A stretch of DNA of 64,000 nucleotides from Psammoneis japonica (GCA_008632985.1 QPGO01000013.1:124001-188000), one strand, 5' to 3'; shown: positions 11,351 through 24,010, numbered from the stretch's first letter. The notes: generated from the letters alone by a model not told the origin. Numbers and translations: made by a program.

Positions 11351-11960
11351 CTTCTTGGAGGCGAAGATGGCGAGGGCCACCTCGTCAAGCACCTGGCTGA
11401 ACACAGATCGACGACACAGAGCGGGGTGATTGCCGCGGGTGCATGCAGAAGATCCACAGATCAGATGCATTGCAAGCCAGGAATCCACGGATGTGAAGGG
11501 GGCATCATGGACACGGATGTGAAGGGCACTGTGGACAGGCCCAGCAGGGTGGTCGAGGACCATGACGATCCAGGTGCTGCAGCCACAGATTGTTGCAACT
11601 GCAGCACCGGGGATGCCCAGATGCTTCACATCTTCATCCAGGCTCCAAGCTCACTTGAGGCCATGAGCAGGCCTTCATCTTCAACTGTGGTGAGGGCAGT
11701 GTCGACTGCTGCACAGGCAAGGGGGCTGTCGCTGAACGTGGTTCTGTGCTCGCCAGGAGTGAGGGTCATGGCCATTGCATTGGTCAGGAGCAGGGTGGCA
11801 ACCAGAAAGCTGCTGCCCACACCCTTGCCTCCATGACAAGGTCCAGCATCGTGCCATTGTGCTGGCAGGTCAAGGAACCCCAGCCGAGCTGATGCCAGAC
11901 CAGAGCCATCAGCCCAACAGAGTTCTTCTGCGCCAGCAAGCCACACACTTTTGGTCACTT
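11336..11960 (-). pseudogene. Decayed C-terminal half of a bacterial-type class-III aminotransferase (ArgD/LysJ-like)
   Basis: Across frameshifts reads TCQHNGTMLDLVMEA-KGVGSSFLVATLLLT...LTPGEHRTTFSDSPLACAA...VEDEGLL...ICGCSTWIVMVLDHPAGPV, matching the PDxxTxAKGLGxGFP / HGTTFGGNPLACAA / VRGxGLxxGxxL pattern. Confidence 0.75.
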
Positions 11961-14900
11961 GTCAACAGTGCAGGATGGCTTTTTTGTGATCTGTTTTAGC
12001 CTCATGGCACTCATCCCAGCAGCCCACGTGATTCATGAACACGCGCCATTCCAGCTTGCTTTCTTCCATTTCCCTGCAGCATTTCTTGTTGCATTTCTTT
12101 TTGTCACACCCACAACCTGATGCCAGCACATTTTTGTTTCACGACCATCTCAAAAAACCTTGAAACACTGCTTGACAAATTTTCTGAGGGGACAGTCCCC
12201 CACAAAAAGATTGGGTCTTGTTGTCTTTGATTGATTGAAAAAAATTGCAGCTTGTCTGCCCATTTGTTGCTCATTTGTTTTGCACTCACTCACTTGCTCA
12301 TTTGCAAATCATGCGTTTGCAGTTGTTTGTTTGGCTTGCACGTTGGGTGGCTTTTCAAGTGCAAAACAAGAAGGAAAGAGATGGCCAAAACAGGAGGCTT
12401 CAAGTGATGATTGCCCATGCATCATGGCTCTTTTGCATCTCTCTAGCCCTCTTTTCCCTCTTGAGAGTTGTGGCGTTCAATGCCCTGCAAGATGGCACAG
12501 GTGAGCCAGGCTCTCCCCAGCCTCTGCTCTGCGAGTTGAACTCTAAAATTGCAAAAAGTGTGTCAGTTGGCCAATTTCTAAAAATCACTTAGTTTCCTGT
12601 GTCTCTTTTGGTGTCTCTGCTGTCTGGGTTTGTCGGCACAAGCTTTTTCTTCTTCTCTGTGGTGACTGCATTGTGGGTGACCTTTTTGGGCTGATCTTTG
12701 TTTTTGGCTTGTTGTCAAGGTGATCCCTGCCCTTCTTTTTGGGGTTGGAGTCAGAGTTGTGTGAGTGCAAACATTTTGCCCAGATTTTAGAAATTTTCAA
12801 AGTGCCAGCCACCAAATGCTGCTCAGCAGTGTTTGTCTCCACTGTTTGTTGCTGCTGCACAAAAAAAACATGAGTTTGATGTCCGCGCACAAATGGAAGC
12901 ACAAAGCAAGCCATGAGGTGAAGAAATGCTCACTTGCTGCCCATTTTGCATGTTGCAAGGCAGCAAATCATCATTGTCATCAAATGATTTGTTTTTTTTC
13001 ATTGACCACCCAACAGATTGAGCAGCCCTGGCCCCACATGCCTTTGTCCCACTTTTTCTTTTTTGTGCATTTCTCATGTTGCTTTCCCCTGCGTCTTTTT
13101 TTTTTCAGGACATTTCACACAGAAAATTGAGAAAAAGGATTGTTGAAATGGCAGCACCATTCTCCACCTCATGTCTCAGGTTGTTTTTAACTTGGGTGAA
13201 GCATGCATGCTGGGGCATGACATTGTGTTTGTCTGCAAGAGAACATGTGCCATCTCAGTGCTTCTTGCATGAAAAAAAAACGCGCGCTTCCCGCCAGTTG
13301 TTTTTTTTTGCGTTTTTCCCTGAGACTGTTTGTGTGGTGGTGTGCTCAACTGCAGGGTGCGCGTTCTTTGTGCACTGTGGGGCACAACATCAAAAAGAGC
13401 AATCTTTTGGCAAGGAATTGTTTTTGCACAAAAATGTGAAGATTTGTTTTTTGGGTTTGATGTGGGCTGCTGCCCTCGTTGCCAGCTGGGTTGTCTTGGG
13501 GACACCCACATCTTTGCACAAGTTGAACAAAATGGTTGTCCCTGAAACTCTGCTTGCTCAAGGGAGACCAGTCTGCTGCTGTTTGGGCTTTTTGTTCTCC
13601 ATGAAGAGCCGCCAATCAGTGAAAGGAACATGTTTTTAAGCTGGTGGTGACAGAGATTGGCAAGAGCAGCAGACCAACCCCCAGTCCTTTGCACAATGGT
13701 GGGAAACACATTTGTGTGTGCATGTTCATCTGTGCTGGCATGTTTCTGCACCCCATGGTCTTGAGTGCATTTGTGCCAAGCACACAGTTGAAATGCTCCC
13801 CAGCCTTTCTCAGGCCGCTTTTGTCAGCAACAAATTTGAAGAAAACAGGTTCCCAAATTTGTCTTTGGGCATGAAACAGAGAGCCCAGCTTTGGCACATG
13901 CGAGCCACACACAGTTGTCGTCATCTGCTCACAGTGCCGCTCTGCCACCCATGGCCTTTTCTGACAACTCCAGCTTGTTCTTGCAAACCTTAGCACCAAC
14001 AAGGCTCACAGTTCAGGGAGCAGCATGAGATCCCACCCAGGAAAGCTGGCTGGACCACATTTGTGCTGGTTTGAGGAAGACAAAGAGCCAGGGGCAAAGA
14101 ACAGGCTTGATGTGGGGACAGCTGTGCTGCTGATGCATGACAATGCATGCCACAACAGCAGCATGGCTTGGAGGGACCACACACAGTGACAGGCTGCAGA
14201 CAACATCAACAGCAGCTGTGTGGGCTGAAATTGACCCGCTGACCTGTGCCCCCATTGAGGAGATTTTTAACTTCTCCCTTGCCCAGGCTGGTCATGCTGG
14301 CACTGGCTTGCTTCTTCTTGTGGGCATCTGCACAGTGTGTGGAAGGGGGGGGGACTCCCCTCACTCAGATTTTTTTGCAGCCCTGCAAGTGCCTGCTCAA
14401 TTTTTCTGCAGCGCCCATGTGCACTTGTGCAAGTTGAGTCATTGCTTCACAGAGCAAGTCAACCAAGAAGTTGTTGCTGTGTGTCCATGGTCTGCACAAG
14501 CACCCCAACTTTGTCTTGACAAAAGTGCCATGTGTTGGAAGATTTGACCAACACTGCTCCGCGCACATTTTTTTGTCTGAAATCATTGTTTGAAAGGTTT
14601 GAAATCCCAACAAACTGCTCTCACATGTGTGCAGGGTGGTGAGAAGGCAACAAGACAAAAAAGTTGAAAAAAACTCCAAAAAGTGCTCAATTGTTCAAAA
14701 CAAGCAACATCCCAACCTCAACAGCGAGACACCAACTTTGGCAGCTGGGACAATGAAGAGCATGGGAGATGAAACAGAGATGTCAGTGCCAGCCAGTCTC
14801 AAATGAAAACAGAGCTCTGTGGGTTTTGCACTCAATGTTGCTGACAGCAGTGTTGGTTTTAGATCACTCAATCTGTGTGGGCCAAGAAGGGGCTTGTTTA

Positions 14901-16561
14901 TCTTTGGTGAGCTGTGGATGTCCCTCATTGTGGTCATTTTTTGGTGGCAGTGAAAATGTGGTGCAACCGCAGCACTTGAGGCCCAACTTGCACTGTTGCA
15001 TTGTTTCAGTTGGAGAGCAGCGCTCCTCACTTAAAAAAATCCACACACACAAAAGGAGATCAAAAGAAGATGCAAATCAAACTTCTTGCTCAAGAACACA
15101 TGCAGCTCATCATGATCTCAGTGCACAATGTTGGGGCAAACTGCTTTTTGTGCAGCTGGTGTTGGCATGGCCACTCATCATTGTGGGTGCTGCTTTGAGC
15201 TGTGTCATTGCAGCATTTGTGTGGCAGGCAGAGAAATTGAAAAAGTCCTGCTCTGGTGTCACAAGAGTGCAACATCATCTTCAAAAAATCTTGCTGGTGC
15301 CTTTTTGTCTCAGCATGCTTTTTGCACTCAATTCCAGGCCCTTGCAAGGTTCTTTTTGTTGGAGGACAAGAGAAAGCAAAGAAGCAGCAACATGTTGGCA
15401 TTGGAGCACAATGCACAAAGCTGCACTTCCCATTTTACCTTCCATTTTTGAGTGTGGCACATTCTTCTTTTTTGCCAGCAGCCAACTCTTGCTGGGCTGT
15501 CTTCTTGACATGAAATGCCCCCCAGATTGCACAGTCAAAAAATGTCAGATTCTGTGCAGCAGGCAGACCCAACCTGCTCCTGCTCAAGATGCTTCTCAAC
15601 CAGATTGTGTGGCACACATCTGGGCAAAAGAGCTTCTGGCACAGAAAGGCATTTTTTTTTGCAGCTGAGGGGCGGGGTGCCACAAATGTCTGTGCCCTCT
15701 TGTCATGCAATGCATCATGCATCAGAGGCAGCAATGCAGTGGTTTCCACTTTCCTTTGTAAAATTTTGAGTGTGCATTGTTGAAATTGTCAACAAGCAGA
15801 ACTTGAAAAATGCCAGCAAAAATGCTTGACAAAATGAAGCTGTTTTTTGCATTTTATCTGATGTCTCATTGACTTTTCTTGCACAAGCTTCAATCAAATG
15901 CATGCAATGTTTAACTCAATTGGGATCAAAATCCATTTTTTGTTGTGCATGGTTTGGTTTCCTTTTGATCGCAATCAATTTGAACTTGGTTTTAACTTTG
16001 TCCTCCTCACTCACATGTGTGTGTGTCTTTGCACGTGTGCAGTCTGCAGCACTTCACGCACGCACATGACCCACCTTCATTTTTCTTCACTTTTGCACAG
16101 CCCGTTGGTCCACGGGTTTTCAGCACATGTTTTGCATGCGCAATTTTCCACACATTTCACAACAGCACACCCTCTCCCCAAAGTTTGAAAAACGAGAGCG
16201 TGTGCTGTTGTGATTCACGTGGATCCTGCGTGTGGTCACAAATCTGCAAATCAACAACCGGCCATGGCGGTGAAAGACTTTGCCCCATTGGCCGACGACA
16301 GCAGCTCAACGCGTGGTGATGCCTGCCATCCTTCTGGTTGGTCAAGATGGGGTTTTATTCGGGCACAGCTTGAATTTTGTGATTGCGAGTGTGCTGTCAC
16401 AAATCTGCCGCATCCAGAATGCTGAGCTGCTGGCGTGTTGTTGTGTGTTGTGTGCACGCACGTCACAAACTTGCTTTTCTGCAGCGTTGTTGTGATCGCG
16501 TGTGCGAGAGTTTTGCATCCAGAATCATCACAAGTTGCCATGAATTGCACTGTCCAAACAA

Positions 16562-16831
16562 GGCATGCACAAAAAGAGGTTCGTTGTTTTTTGACACATT
16601 CGCTGGCAACACACCCGTCTTCTCCAATTTCTGTGTCCAGACCCAGAAAGACTGCAGGCGGTGCTTGTTCCTGCAGCTCCAGAACCACACACATGAAAAG
16701 TTCTTTGCCGCATGTGACACTCTTCAAAAAAGGCATGCACAAAAAGAGCTTCATTTGTTTTTGATGTGTTCACTTGCATCACATCCATCTTCTCCAATTT
16801 CTGTGTCCAGATCCAGAAAGACTGCAGAGGC
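16562..16831. repeat. Degenerate direct duplication (~100-bp unit, ~170-bp period)
   Basis: GGCATGCACAAAAAGAG...TCTTCTCCAATTTCTGTGTCCAGA.CCAGAAAGACTGCAG at ~16562 and ~16732. Confidence 0.85.
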
Positions 16832-18281
16832 AGAGAGTGGGGAGACAACCCATTGGAGGTTGCCTGAGTTGTTGGGCTCATTTTGAAGGCTTCCCAAGTC
16901 TCTCCGCTGTGGTTGGTTCATCTTTGTTGTGCTCTCACAACGTTTTCTACACTGTTTGACAATGAACAAGGTGGCTGCCAGCACTGGCAGTGGCTCTTCA
17001 AGAAAGAGAACTGCAGCAGCTGCTGCAAACTCGCCTGTTCCAGAATCGGCGGCGCCGGATGCACCGGCAAGTCCATATTGCTGTTCCTGTTGGTGGTGTC
17101 AGTTCATCCACATTGCACTCTCACAACGCATTCTGCATTTTTTTGGCAACGAACAAGGTGGCTGCAAGCAGCGGCACTCAAAGAAAGTGAGCTGCAACTG
17201 CTGCAGACTCTGGGGTGCTGTCTCCGTCGGCGTCATTTAATTTGAGTGTAAACAACAAAGTGGAATGTTCATGGTGCAATGCAAATGATTTTAATTTGCA
17301 GGTTTTGCAGGGATAGAGGGTGGGCACTCTCACAGGGAAAACGTGCCCCTGTTTCATGGTGAAACATTTTTTCTCATGGGGAGGGGGGTCTGATCCCACA
17401 GCACAAAAATGTTGATCTGTCACAGCTGGCATGTCATTGCCAGCCACACAACTAATGAGGTTTGAAACCACAAAAAAATTGTCTGTGAAAGGAACAAAAA
17501 TCACAATGAAAAGATGTGTGATGATCACCACATTGCGCGCTCTGATGTGCCGCCCTGTTGCGCAATGTGTGCTGCTCAAACACACCAGCCAAGTGGCGCC
17601 CCCAACTTGCCGGCAGCTGGCTGTTGCTGCTGCACCCTGCAAATTGTCTTGCTGGCAAAAACAATGTGTTGAAGCCACAGAGAAAGCCCTCCGGGGCACA
17701 CTCTCTCTTTTCATGAGATTTGGCCACATGCAAAACTGAGTTTGTGGCTGTTTTGGGAGTGACAGAGAGAAGCACCCTGGTTTGGACCTGATTGCTGTGG
17801 AAACAATGAAAGGGCTGTTGCCCAAGCTTGTGAGTCAGGGCTGGGAGAAAAGCGGAGGAGTGTTTTGCCAAATGGGTGCTTTGCTCGCAGAGCTCCACTG
17901 TTGGAAGTGTGGAGGAAGAAAGAAAAGCAGGAAAAGCACAGCATCTACAACTTCAGAGCCCCCAGGCATGCACGCAGCAGAGATGACGGAGTTTAGAAAC
18001 AAGGGCGGCAACGCACAGTCGTGTCGCACAACGGACGTGTATTGCCCTATATTCTTTTCATGAGGGAATTTGATCATTTCCAGTCAAACAGGTTAAATTT
18101 TTCATAAACGTCAACATTGCCGAATATGTTTTGATTGGATTATTACAGAATTAGCGATTTTGAAAAGAATCGGCGCGGGCTTTTTCCTGGAAGCGGACCA
18201 CAACATACTACACTGACTTGCTTCTGTGGGAGGAGGTGTGTTGGTGTTGTGCCGTGATGCTAGAGAGCATAATAAAGAAGA

Positions 18282-19905
18282 ATGAAGGCCCAAAGTGAAT
18301 CTGTCGACACTCTTGAGAGAGGGGTGTCGTTCGTTGCTGGCGGCGACGAAGACGTGGCTTTGCTAGATGAATCCAGCGTTGAGAGCAACAGCGACGAGAA
18401 ATGCACCAAGAAGAGCACACGAAGGGAAACAACTGCTATCCGGTTTCTTTGGGATGAAGTTAGTTCTTATTGGAACTTGTTTCGGAAAAACAGAGGTTTC
18501 AGACTAGCGATTCTTTCTTACATCTTTGGGCAAATGGGAGAATGGCTCTCCTACATTGCTGTGATCAGTCTTGTTCAGCGCTTGGTCGGAGAGGATAACC
18601 CGAATTATCACACGTCGCTTGGCATTACCGTCTTGATTCGACTGTTGCCGGCTGTCCTTTTGAGTCCTGTGGGAGGTGTCTTGGCGGATTCAAGAGACAA
18701 GCGAAAGACTATGATTGTCCTCGACCTGCTTGGCGCTACGACGCCGCTCGTTTTCCTCGTGGCTACATTTTTTGAAAGCTCAATGCATGGAATTTCCATT
18801 CTTTATTTTGGTTGCCTGTGCCAGGCAACTGTCTATGCTCTTTATGAACCGTGCCGGGTTTCTCTTTTGCCTCTGCTTGTTATTGGGAATGACGACGATC
18901 TCAAGAGGGCGACTACTCTGTCGGGTATATCCTGGGCAGCCACATCTTGCTTTGGTTCGGCACTTGGGGGCTTTGTAACATCGTACTATGGCGCTCGTGC
19001 ATGCTTTTGTAAGTTCACATGTTTGCTCGTCTTGATAATAGACGGTTATCAGGACTCGCTTCGATTTCTCACGACTTTGCTGATTGCTCTCGCTCATTTG
19101 TTTTGCTCCCGAAAAACTAGGCTTGGATTCTTGTAGTTACATCCTTAGCGCCTTTCTCATGTATCAGGTGGGTGGAAGCTGGACAGTCGCTCCAAAGGCA
19201 GGTTGTGATTCTGTGTGGAAACTAGTCAAGAGCATGACCTTTGACGGAGCCAAATACCTTTTGAGTTCATCATTCGGTATGTTGGTCTTCTTCAACGCGA
19301 CCGGCAACTTGGTTACTGGTGCATTTGACGTATTAAACTATGCACTCTCTGAGCAAAGCTCTGGAGGAATGTGGTTATTTGACACCATGGATACAGAACA
19401 GAAGCTCGGGGTTATTGTTGGTATCGCTGGTATTGGATACATTATTGGGCCGGCGTTCTCGGAACCTTTTACCGATCCGAACCGTCCCAAGGGGGTTCAA
19501 CTCATGTGCATCCTTGGCCTTTTGGCAATTTTGGTTGGTTGCCTCGGAATTAGCAACTTTCATCCGTATTGGTTGGTTTGCTTGTTCAGTCTGATCCGCG
19601 CGGCAGGGGTTGGTGTTCTATGGTTAAACTCGCAGTTTTTGTTGCAGAAATTGACCCCAAAGGACATGCTTGGACGCGTGTCAGCCGTCGACCAAGCGTT
19701 GGCGTTGCTATCGGCGGCTTTGTCCTCCCTATGGTGTGGCGTGCTGCAAGATCGAATACACTTGGATGCGGATCAAGTGTCGGGAGTACAGGGTTTTCTT
19801 TGCGCAGTCTTTTTAGTGTCGTGGGCAATGTACCACTTTTCTGGACGAGGTGCGGCTTGTCTAACATCATTTGAAGACAATGTTCCAATGAAAAAGGGTT
19901 CGTAG
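18282..19905 (+). CDS. Major facilitator superfamily transporter; intron 19009-19120
   Basis: Multiple TM segments, MFS motif A GVLADSRDKRK, C-terminal LQKLTPKDMLGRVSA; GTAAGT...CTAG intron joins the two ORFs. Confidence 0.9.
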
Positions 19906-20529
19906 CGGCGAATGACGGCTGCACGACAAGGACACTTTAACACTAAAACAATAGACTGTAAAAACTTATTTTGTAAACCACACTTTTGCACACTGATTTC
20001 TATTAGGTCGACTCCCGTATCTGATACCATACCGTAGCTGCTCGGGCAATTCACAACAGCAAAGGGCAGCGTTGTCATGTATCCCAATCCTAAACTGACT
20101 CATAACGCATTGCTCCCCCCGCATACGTCACGGTGGGAATGGCATTACCGGTAATACAGTATCATTGTTGGGTGTCACCTTGCGTTTGCGAGTTGAATTC
20201 GCCGTTGCCGCCACGTTCCGTCAACTTCCAACCACCGCAAAACGAATCCAAGGCGCCTTCACGATCGCGACATCGTTCTCCTTTATTGTATAGAAACCCC
20301 TGCTATTTTGACTCATCTACGCAATGACAGGTCCTGTTGACAGTCATTTGGTACGTGCCAGTGACCGTGTTCCGACAAGTAGAGTTTCAGCATCCCTCAT
20401 TTTCTTGTTCCATGCTTCACTGACAACAACACACCAACCCCAGGCTGCCTGTCCCAATCAAAACCAACTTAAGCAAAGGCTTCTTTAGTTCATGACTTGG
20501 CTCACCCTTGTTGTTGTTAAATTAAAAAG

Positions 20530-20800
20530 GGTGGATCCACCTGCCCAATGACGGATCCTCTTCGTGTGCCGCTGGCATCCGACAGTGACCGTCTTCTGAT
20601 CGGAAAGCTTTCAAACTTTCAAAACTTCTCATTCCATGCGTTGTTGTGAAATGCAGAGGATGTCAGTGTTCTGTTCTCATCATCCTTGTCAACTGGATCT
20701 TGCTGTGAAGAAACATCATCCTTGCCTTTGTTGTGGCTCTGCAGACTGACCACAGTTCCTTCCAATTCCTCATGCAAGGTCGCTTTTACGCAGCTCTCCA
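20530..20800 (-). pseudogene. Helicase-associated (HA) domain pseudogene fragment
   Basis: AWNEKF(frameshift)ESLKAFRSEDGHCRMPAAHEEDPSLGRWI resembles the HA consensus W..F..L..F...GHC.VP..Y...P.LG.WV. Confidence 0.75.
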
Positions 20801-20899
20801 TCGTGCTTTTGCGCTCTTTTTGCCTGGTGGGTCACCGCCATTGTTCTCTCTTTGTTAAAATGCAGAGTTAAAAAGCCCAGCAGAGCAGAGCAGGGAACA

Positions 20900-21895
20900 G
20901 CAGAAGGAGGCACAGAGGCAGCTGCAGTGACAGCGGAGTAGAGCGGGCACAGAATGCAGGACGCAGGGCATTTGGCAGAGGGAGTGGGGGGTGAAGGGGC
21001 GGGGAGAGAGGAAGCAAGTCGGAGGGCATGCATGGAGAGGTGAAGAGTGAAAAGCAACAATGCAGGTGTTGCAGGTAAGGTGGGAGCTCCAGAAGCATCA
21101 AGAAAAGGAATGGAGAGGAAGGCCAGCAAGCGGAGACAGCAGCAAAGGCAGGGAGACTTGCACACCATCAGAGGGAGCGTTGGCAAGAGTGGAGGTGATG
21201 ACTTGCTGCTGATGTTCATGACAAAGATGGTGGGCTGGCAGACCAGGAAGAGCAGCTGACTTGACTGGAGTGATCAGGGAGGAGGCAGAAAGAGCAGAAG
21301 CGGAGGCAAGAACCGGAGCGCAACGGCGGAAAATCGTGTGGAGGCACAGAGTCGAGCGGGGGTTGTGCCAGGAGGACAAAGACAGGCAAAAGCAGCAAGG
21401 AAGGGCAACAGTGACACCTGACAGGAGCTGAGTGCCTTGAGTTGCAAAGCAGAAAGAGCAAAGAAGAGAGACCATGAACAATGGAATGGCGGCAGCCGTT
21501 GGATCTTGGAGGCCAAAGCCGCCAAGCGAAGCAGGAAGAAGGAAGGCAACGGCGAGAGAATGATCAGGAAGAGGAGCAGCATGGGAAGCAGCACAGCCAA
21601 GAAAGCAATGAATGGTGCTGAGAAGAGAGTCTTGAAAGGAGGAGGTCCAAAGAAAGGGATCAGGAGGGTTGTCGGGATCAAAGTTGTGGTGGAAATCAGC
21701 GCCAAGAAGGTGGGCAGAGGAAGGGGGGTGAGGCAGTGCTTGAAAAGTTGACCTTGAGTTTGCTTGTCATGAATGTGGGTGAGAAGCATGCTGACTTTAT
21801 GGGAGAGAGTGGAAGAGGTGGTAGAGAGGAAGGAATTGGCAAAGTCTTGGGAGCCAAGAGGCTGACCGAGGAAGCGGACACCGGAGGTGAGCTCG
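20900..21895 (-). mobile_element. Truncated CRE/SLACS-like non-LTR retrotransposon, RT C-terminal/thumb region
   Basis: LTSGVRFLGQPLGSQDFANSFL (~21815-21890), QTQGQLFKHC, PASLGGFGLQD (~21500-21535), LPPLLSPLAGLPL; broken by frameshifts. Confidence 0.65.
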
Positions 21896-22452
21896 AGACT
21901 GTAGGAAGGATCAGCGTTCCGTTGAAGTCTCAGCGAGCGATGCTGTATGTAGATTTGTACGTGAAATGTTCGTAAAAAACCTTTTATTTTATATACTTTA
22001 TATAGGTATCCAACATTTTATTTTATATATATGGTATGATACCTAAACATTGAATATGATCATTTCCTATCAAAAATGAATGAATATCCAAAATGAGTAC
22101 TTTCCTCAACATGTGCTTCGTTAGCTCTTTCCACCTGGCAGAAGCGACACATCATCGCGATTGCGGTGTCGGCGAGCCGAAGGGGACAATATCCAAGTTC
22201 AAAGTGTGTTGCGTTAACGGGACCTTATGCGTTTTGGGGGATTAGGTCTAGCTTAGCTTGCCAGCTTCTTGTCGGTGCTTCAAATAGAGTCAGAAGTTTC
22301 GAAGAAGTTTCTCTTGAAATTTGTTTCGGAAGACTTTCAAAGCTACTTCTCCAACTTCTCTTCAGCTCGCCCATCAAATTATTTTTTTCAGCGGCACATA
22401 GCTGGGTAACAAGCCCCATAGTTCCTGTTCTTTTTCATATTTCACAATCAAA

Positions 22453-23799
22453 ATGAGATTGAAATGTCAGAATCAAGCTTGGGGCTTGTCTACATGTTTT
22501 CTCAGTCTGTTATTGACGTCCCTCCTGATACCGGCTTCTCTGTGCTTTGTAATACCTTCTGCAACAAGACAAACTCGTTTCGCTACACCATTGTATGAGA
22601 GCCGACCCTATGATGGACTACGAGCCGAGGCAGGTCCACCTTGCGTCATCAAGGTGCTGGGAGTTGGTGGAGGTGGTGGGAATGCGGTAAACCGAATGAT
22701 TCAAACAAGCATTGAGGGAGTTTCGTTTTGGGGTATCAACACGGACGCCCAAGCACTCGCCAAGAGTTTGGCCCCCAACATTTTAAACATTGGTCGGGCC
22801 CTGACGCGAGGTTTGGGAGCCGGTGGGGATCCTGCCGTTGGAGAAATGGCTGCGCTGGAGAACATTGATGAGTTGAGAAGGATATGTGAGGGTGCCAATA
22901 TGGTCTTCATCACGGCAGGCATGGGCGGAGGAACCGGCAGCGGTGCTGCGCCAGTCGTGGCTGAGATTGCCAAAAAGGACTGTGGGTGTCTTACGGTGGG
23001 CGTGGTTACGAAACCATTTGCCTTTGAGGGAAGGAAACGAATGAGACAAGCTGAAAAAGCCATTGAAGAACTGCGAAAGCATGTTGACACGTTGATTGTG
23101 ATATCGAATGACAAGTTGCTTCGTATTGTGCCTGAGAATACACCCGTCACGGATGCATTTCTGGTTGCAGATGATATCTTGAGACAAGGTGTTGTTGGAA
23201 TATCAGAAATTATCTTAAAGACAGGTATTGTCAATGTGGATTTTGCCGATATCCGTTCCGTGATGAAGGATGCCGGCACTGCTCTCATGGGCATTGGTAC
23301 CGGGGTCGGAAAGTCGAGGGCAGCCGACGCAGCGGTCGCTGCCATTTCTAGTCCTCTGTTGGACTTTCCCATTCAAAAGGCACAACGCATTGTGTTCAAC
23401 ATTGTCGGTGGCGAGAGCATGGGTCTGAGTGAAATCAACGAGGCGTCTGAAGTGATTCACGAGAATGCCGACGACAATGCCAACATTATATTTGGTGCCC
23501 TCGTAGACCCCAAGATGGATGAAGAGATGAGTATAACTGTCTTGGCTTGTGACTTTAAGGACGAGGAGAGTCTACTGAAGGGTGGTGGCGAGCGAAATGC
23601 AAACTTCTACAAAGATCGTCGTCAAATGACAAAGAGCCCGTTAGGACCAGATGCGTCCCTCGAGGAGACAAGGATTGCCATTACAAGAGGATTCAAGATG
23701 CCGGTTGATCCTGAGGAGAGAAGCGCCATGCAAGAATCGCGAGATACAAGTGGCTTTAGCTTTCGGCGGTTCTTCAAGAAAGTTTTTGGAGGCTCGTAG
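22453..23799 (+). CDS. ftsZ: Plastid division protein FtsZ with bipartite presequence
   Basis: IKVLGVGGGGGNAV, GLGAGG, tubulin signature GGGTGSG, PFAFEG, NVDFAD; signal peptide ending SLC-F. Confidence 0.97.
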   Translation: MRLKCQNQAWGLSTCFLSLLLTSLLIPASLCFVIPSATRQTRFATPLYESRPYDGLRAEAGPPCVIKVLGVGGGGGNAVNRMIQTSIEGVSFWGINTDAQALAKSLAPNILNIGRALTRGLGAGGDPAVGEMAALENIDELRRICEGANMVFITAGMGGGTGSGAAPVVAEIAKKDCGCLTVGVVTKPFAFEGRKRMRQAEKAIEELRKHVDTLIVISNDKLLRIVPENTPVTDAFLVADDILRQGVVGISEIILKTGIVNVDFADIRSVMKDAGTALMGIGTGVGKSRAADAAVAAISSPLLDFPIQKAQRIVFNIVGGESMGLSEINEASEVIHENADDNANIIFGALVDPKMDEEMSITVLACDFKDEESLLKGGGERNANFYKDRRQMTKSPLGPDASLEETRIAITRGFKMPVDPEERSAMQESRDTSGFSFRRFFKKVFGGS

Positions 23800-24010
23800 A
23801 TACAGCCAGCTACGTGACCATTGGGGATTTCACGCGGGATGTGTGTTTGCGGTGTATAACTGAGATAATTTTTTAAAAAACCAGCTACCAGTACCAAGTA
23901 CCAACTTACTACTCAAGCGAGCGTGAACTACTATGCGGCACTAGAGTCTAGTATATCGATAAGGACAAGTTGAGAACTACCGCAAGATTTCTCGTGTTCA
24001 GGACCACATG

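Larger units (their letters stand above)
11125..17990. other. TpA-depleted (and CpG-reduced) degenerate repeat/pseudogene block A
   Basis: Only a few dozen TA dinucleotides in ~6.9 kb by manual reading; ORFs lack Tyr and are rich in Cys/His; internal duplications. Confidence 0.9.
20330..21895. other. TpA-reduced block B of pseudogene/retrotransposon fragments
   Basis: About a dozen TA in ~1.6 kb, followed by a very TA-rich flank at 21945-22050. Confidence 0.75.

Noticed and set aside
12000..18000. Dense overlapping Cys/His-rich ORFs in all six frames (also 52500-64000)
   Set aside because: A side effect of TpA loss: TAA/TAG stops and Tyr codons are gone, so spurious ORFs lengthen. These are not genes or metal-binding proteins.
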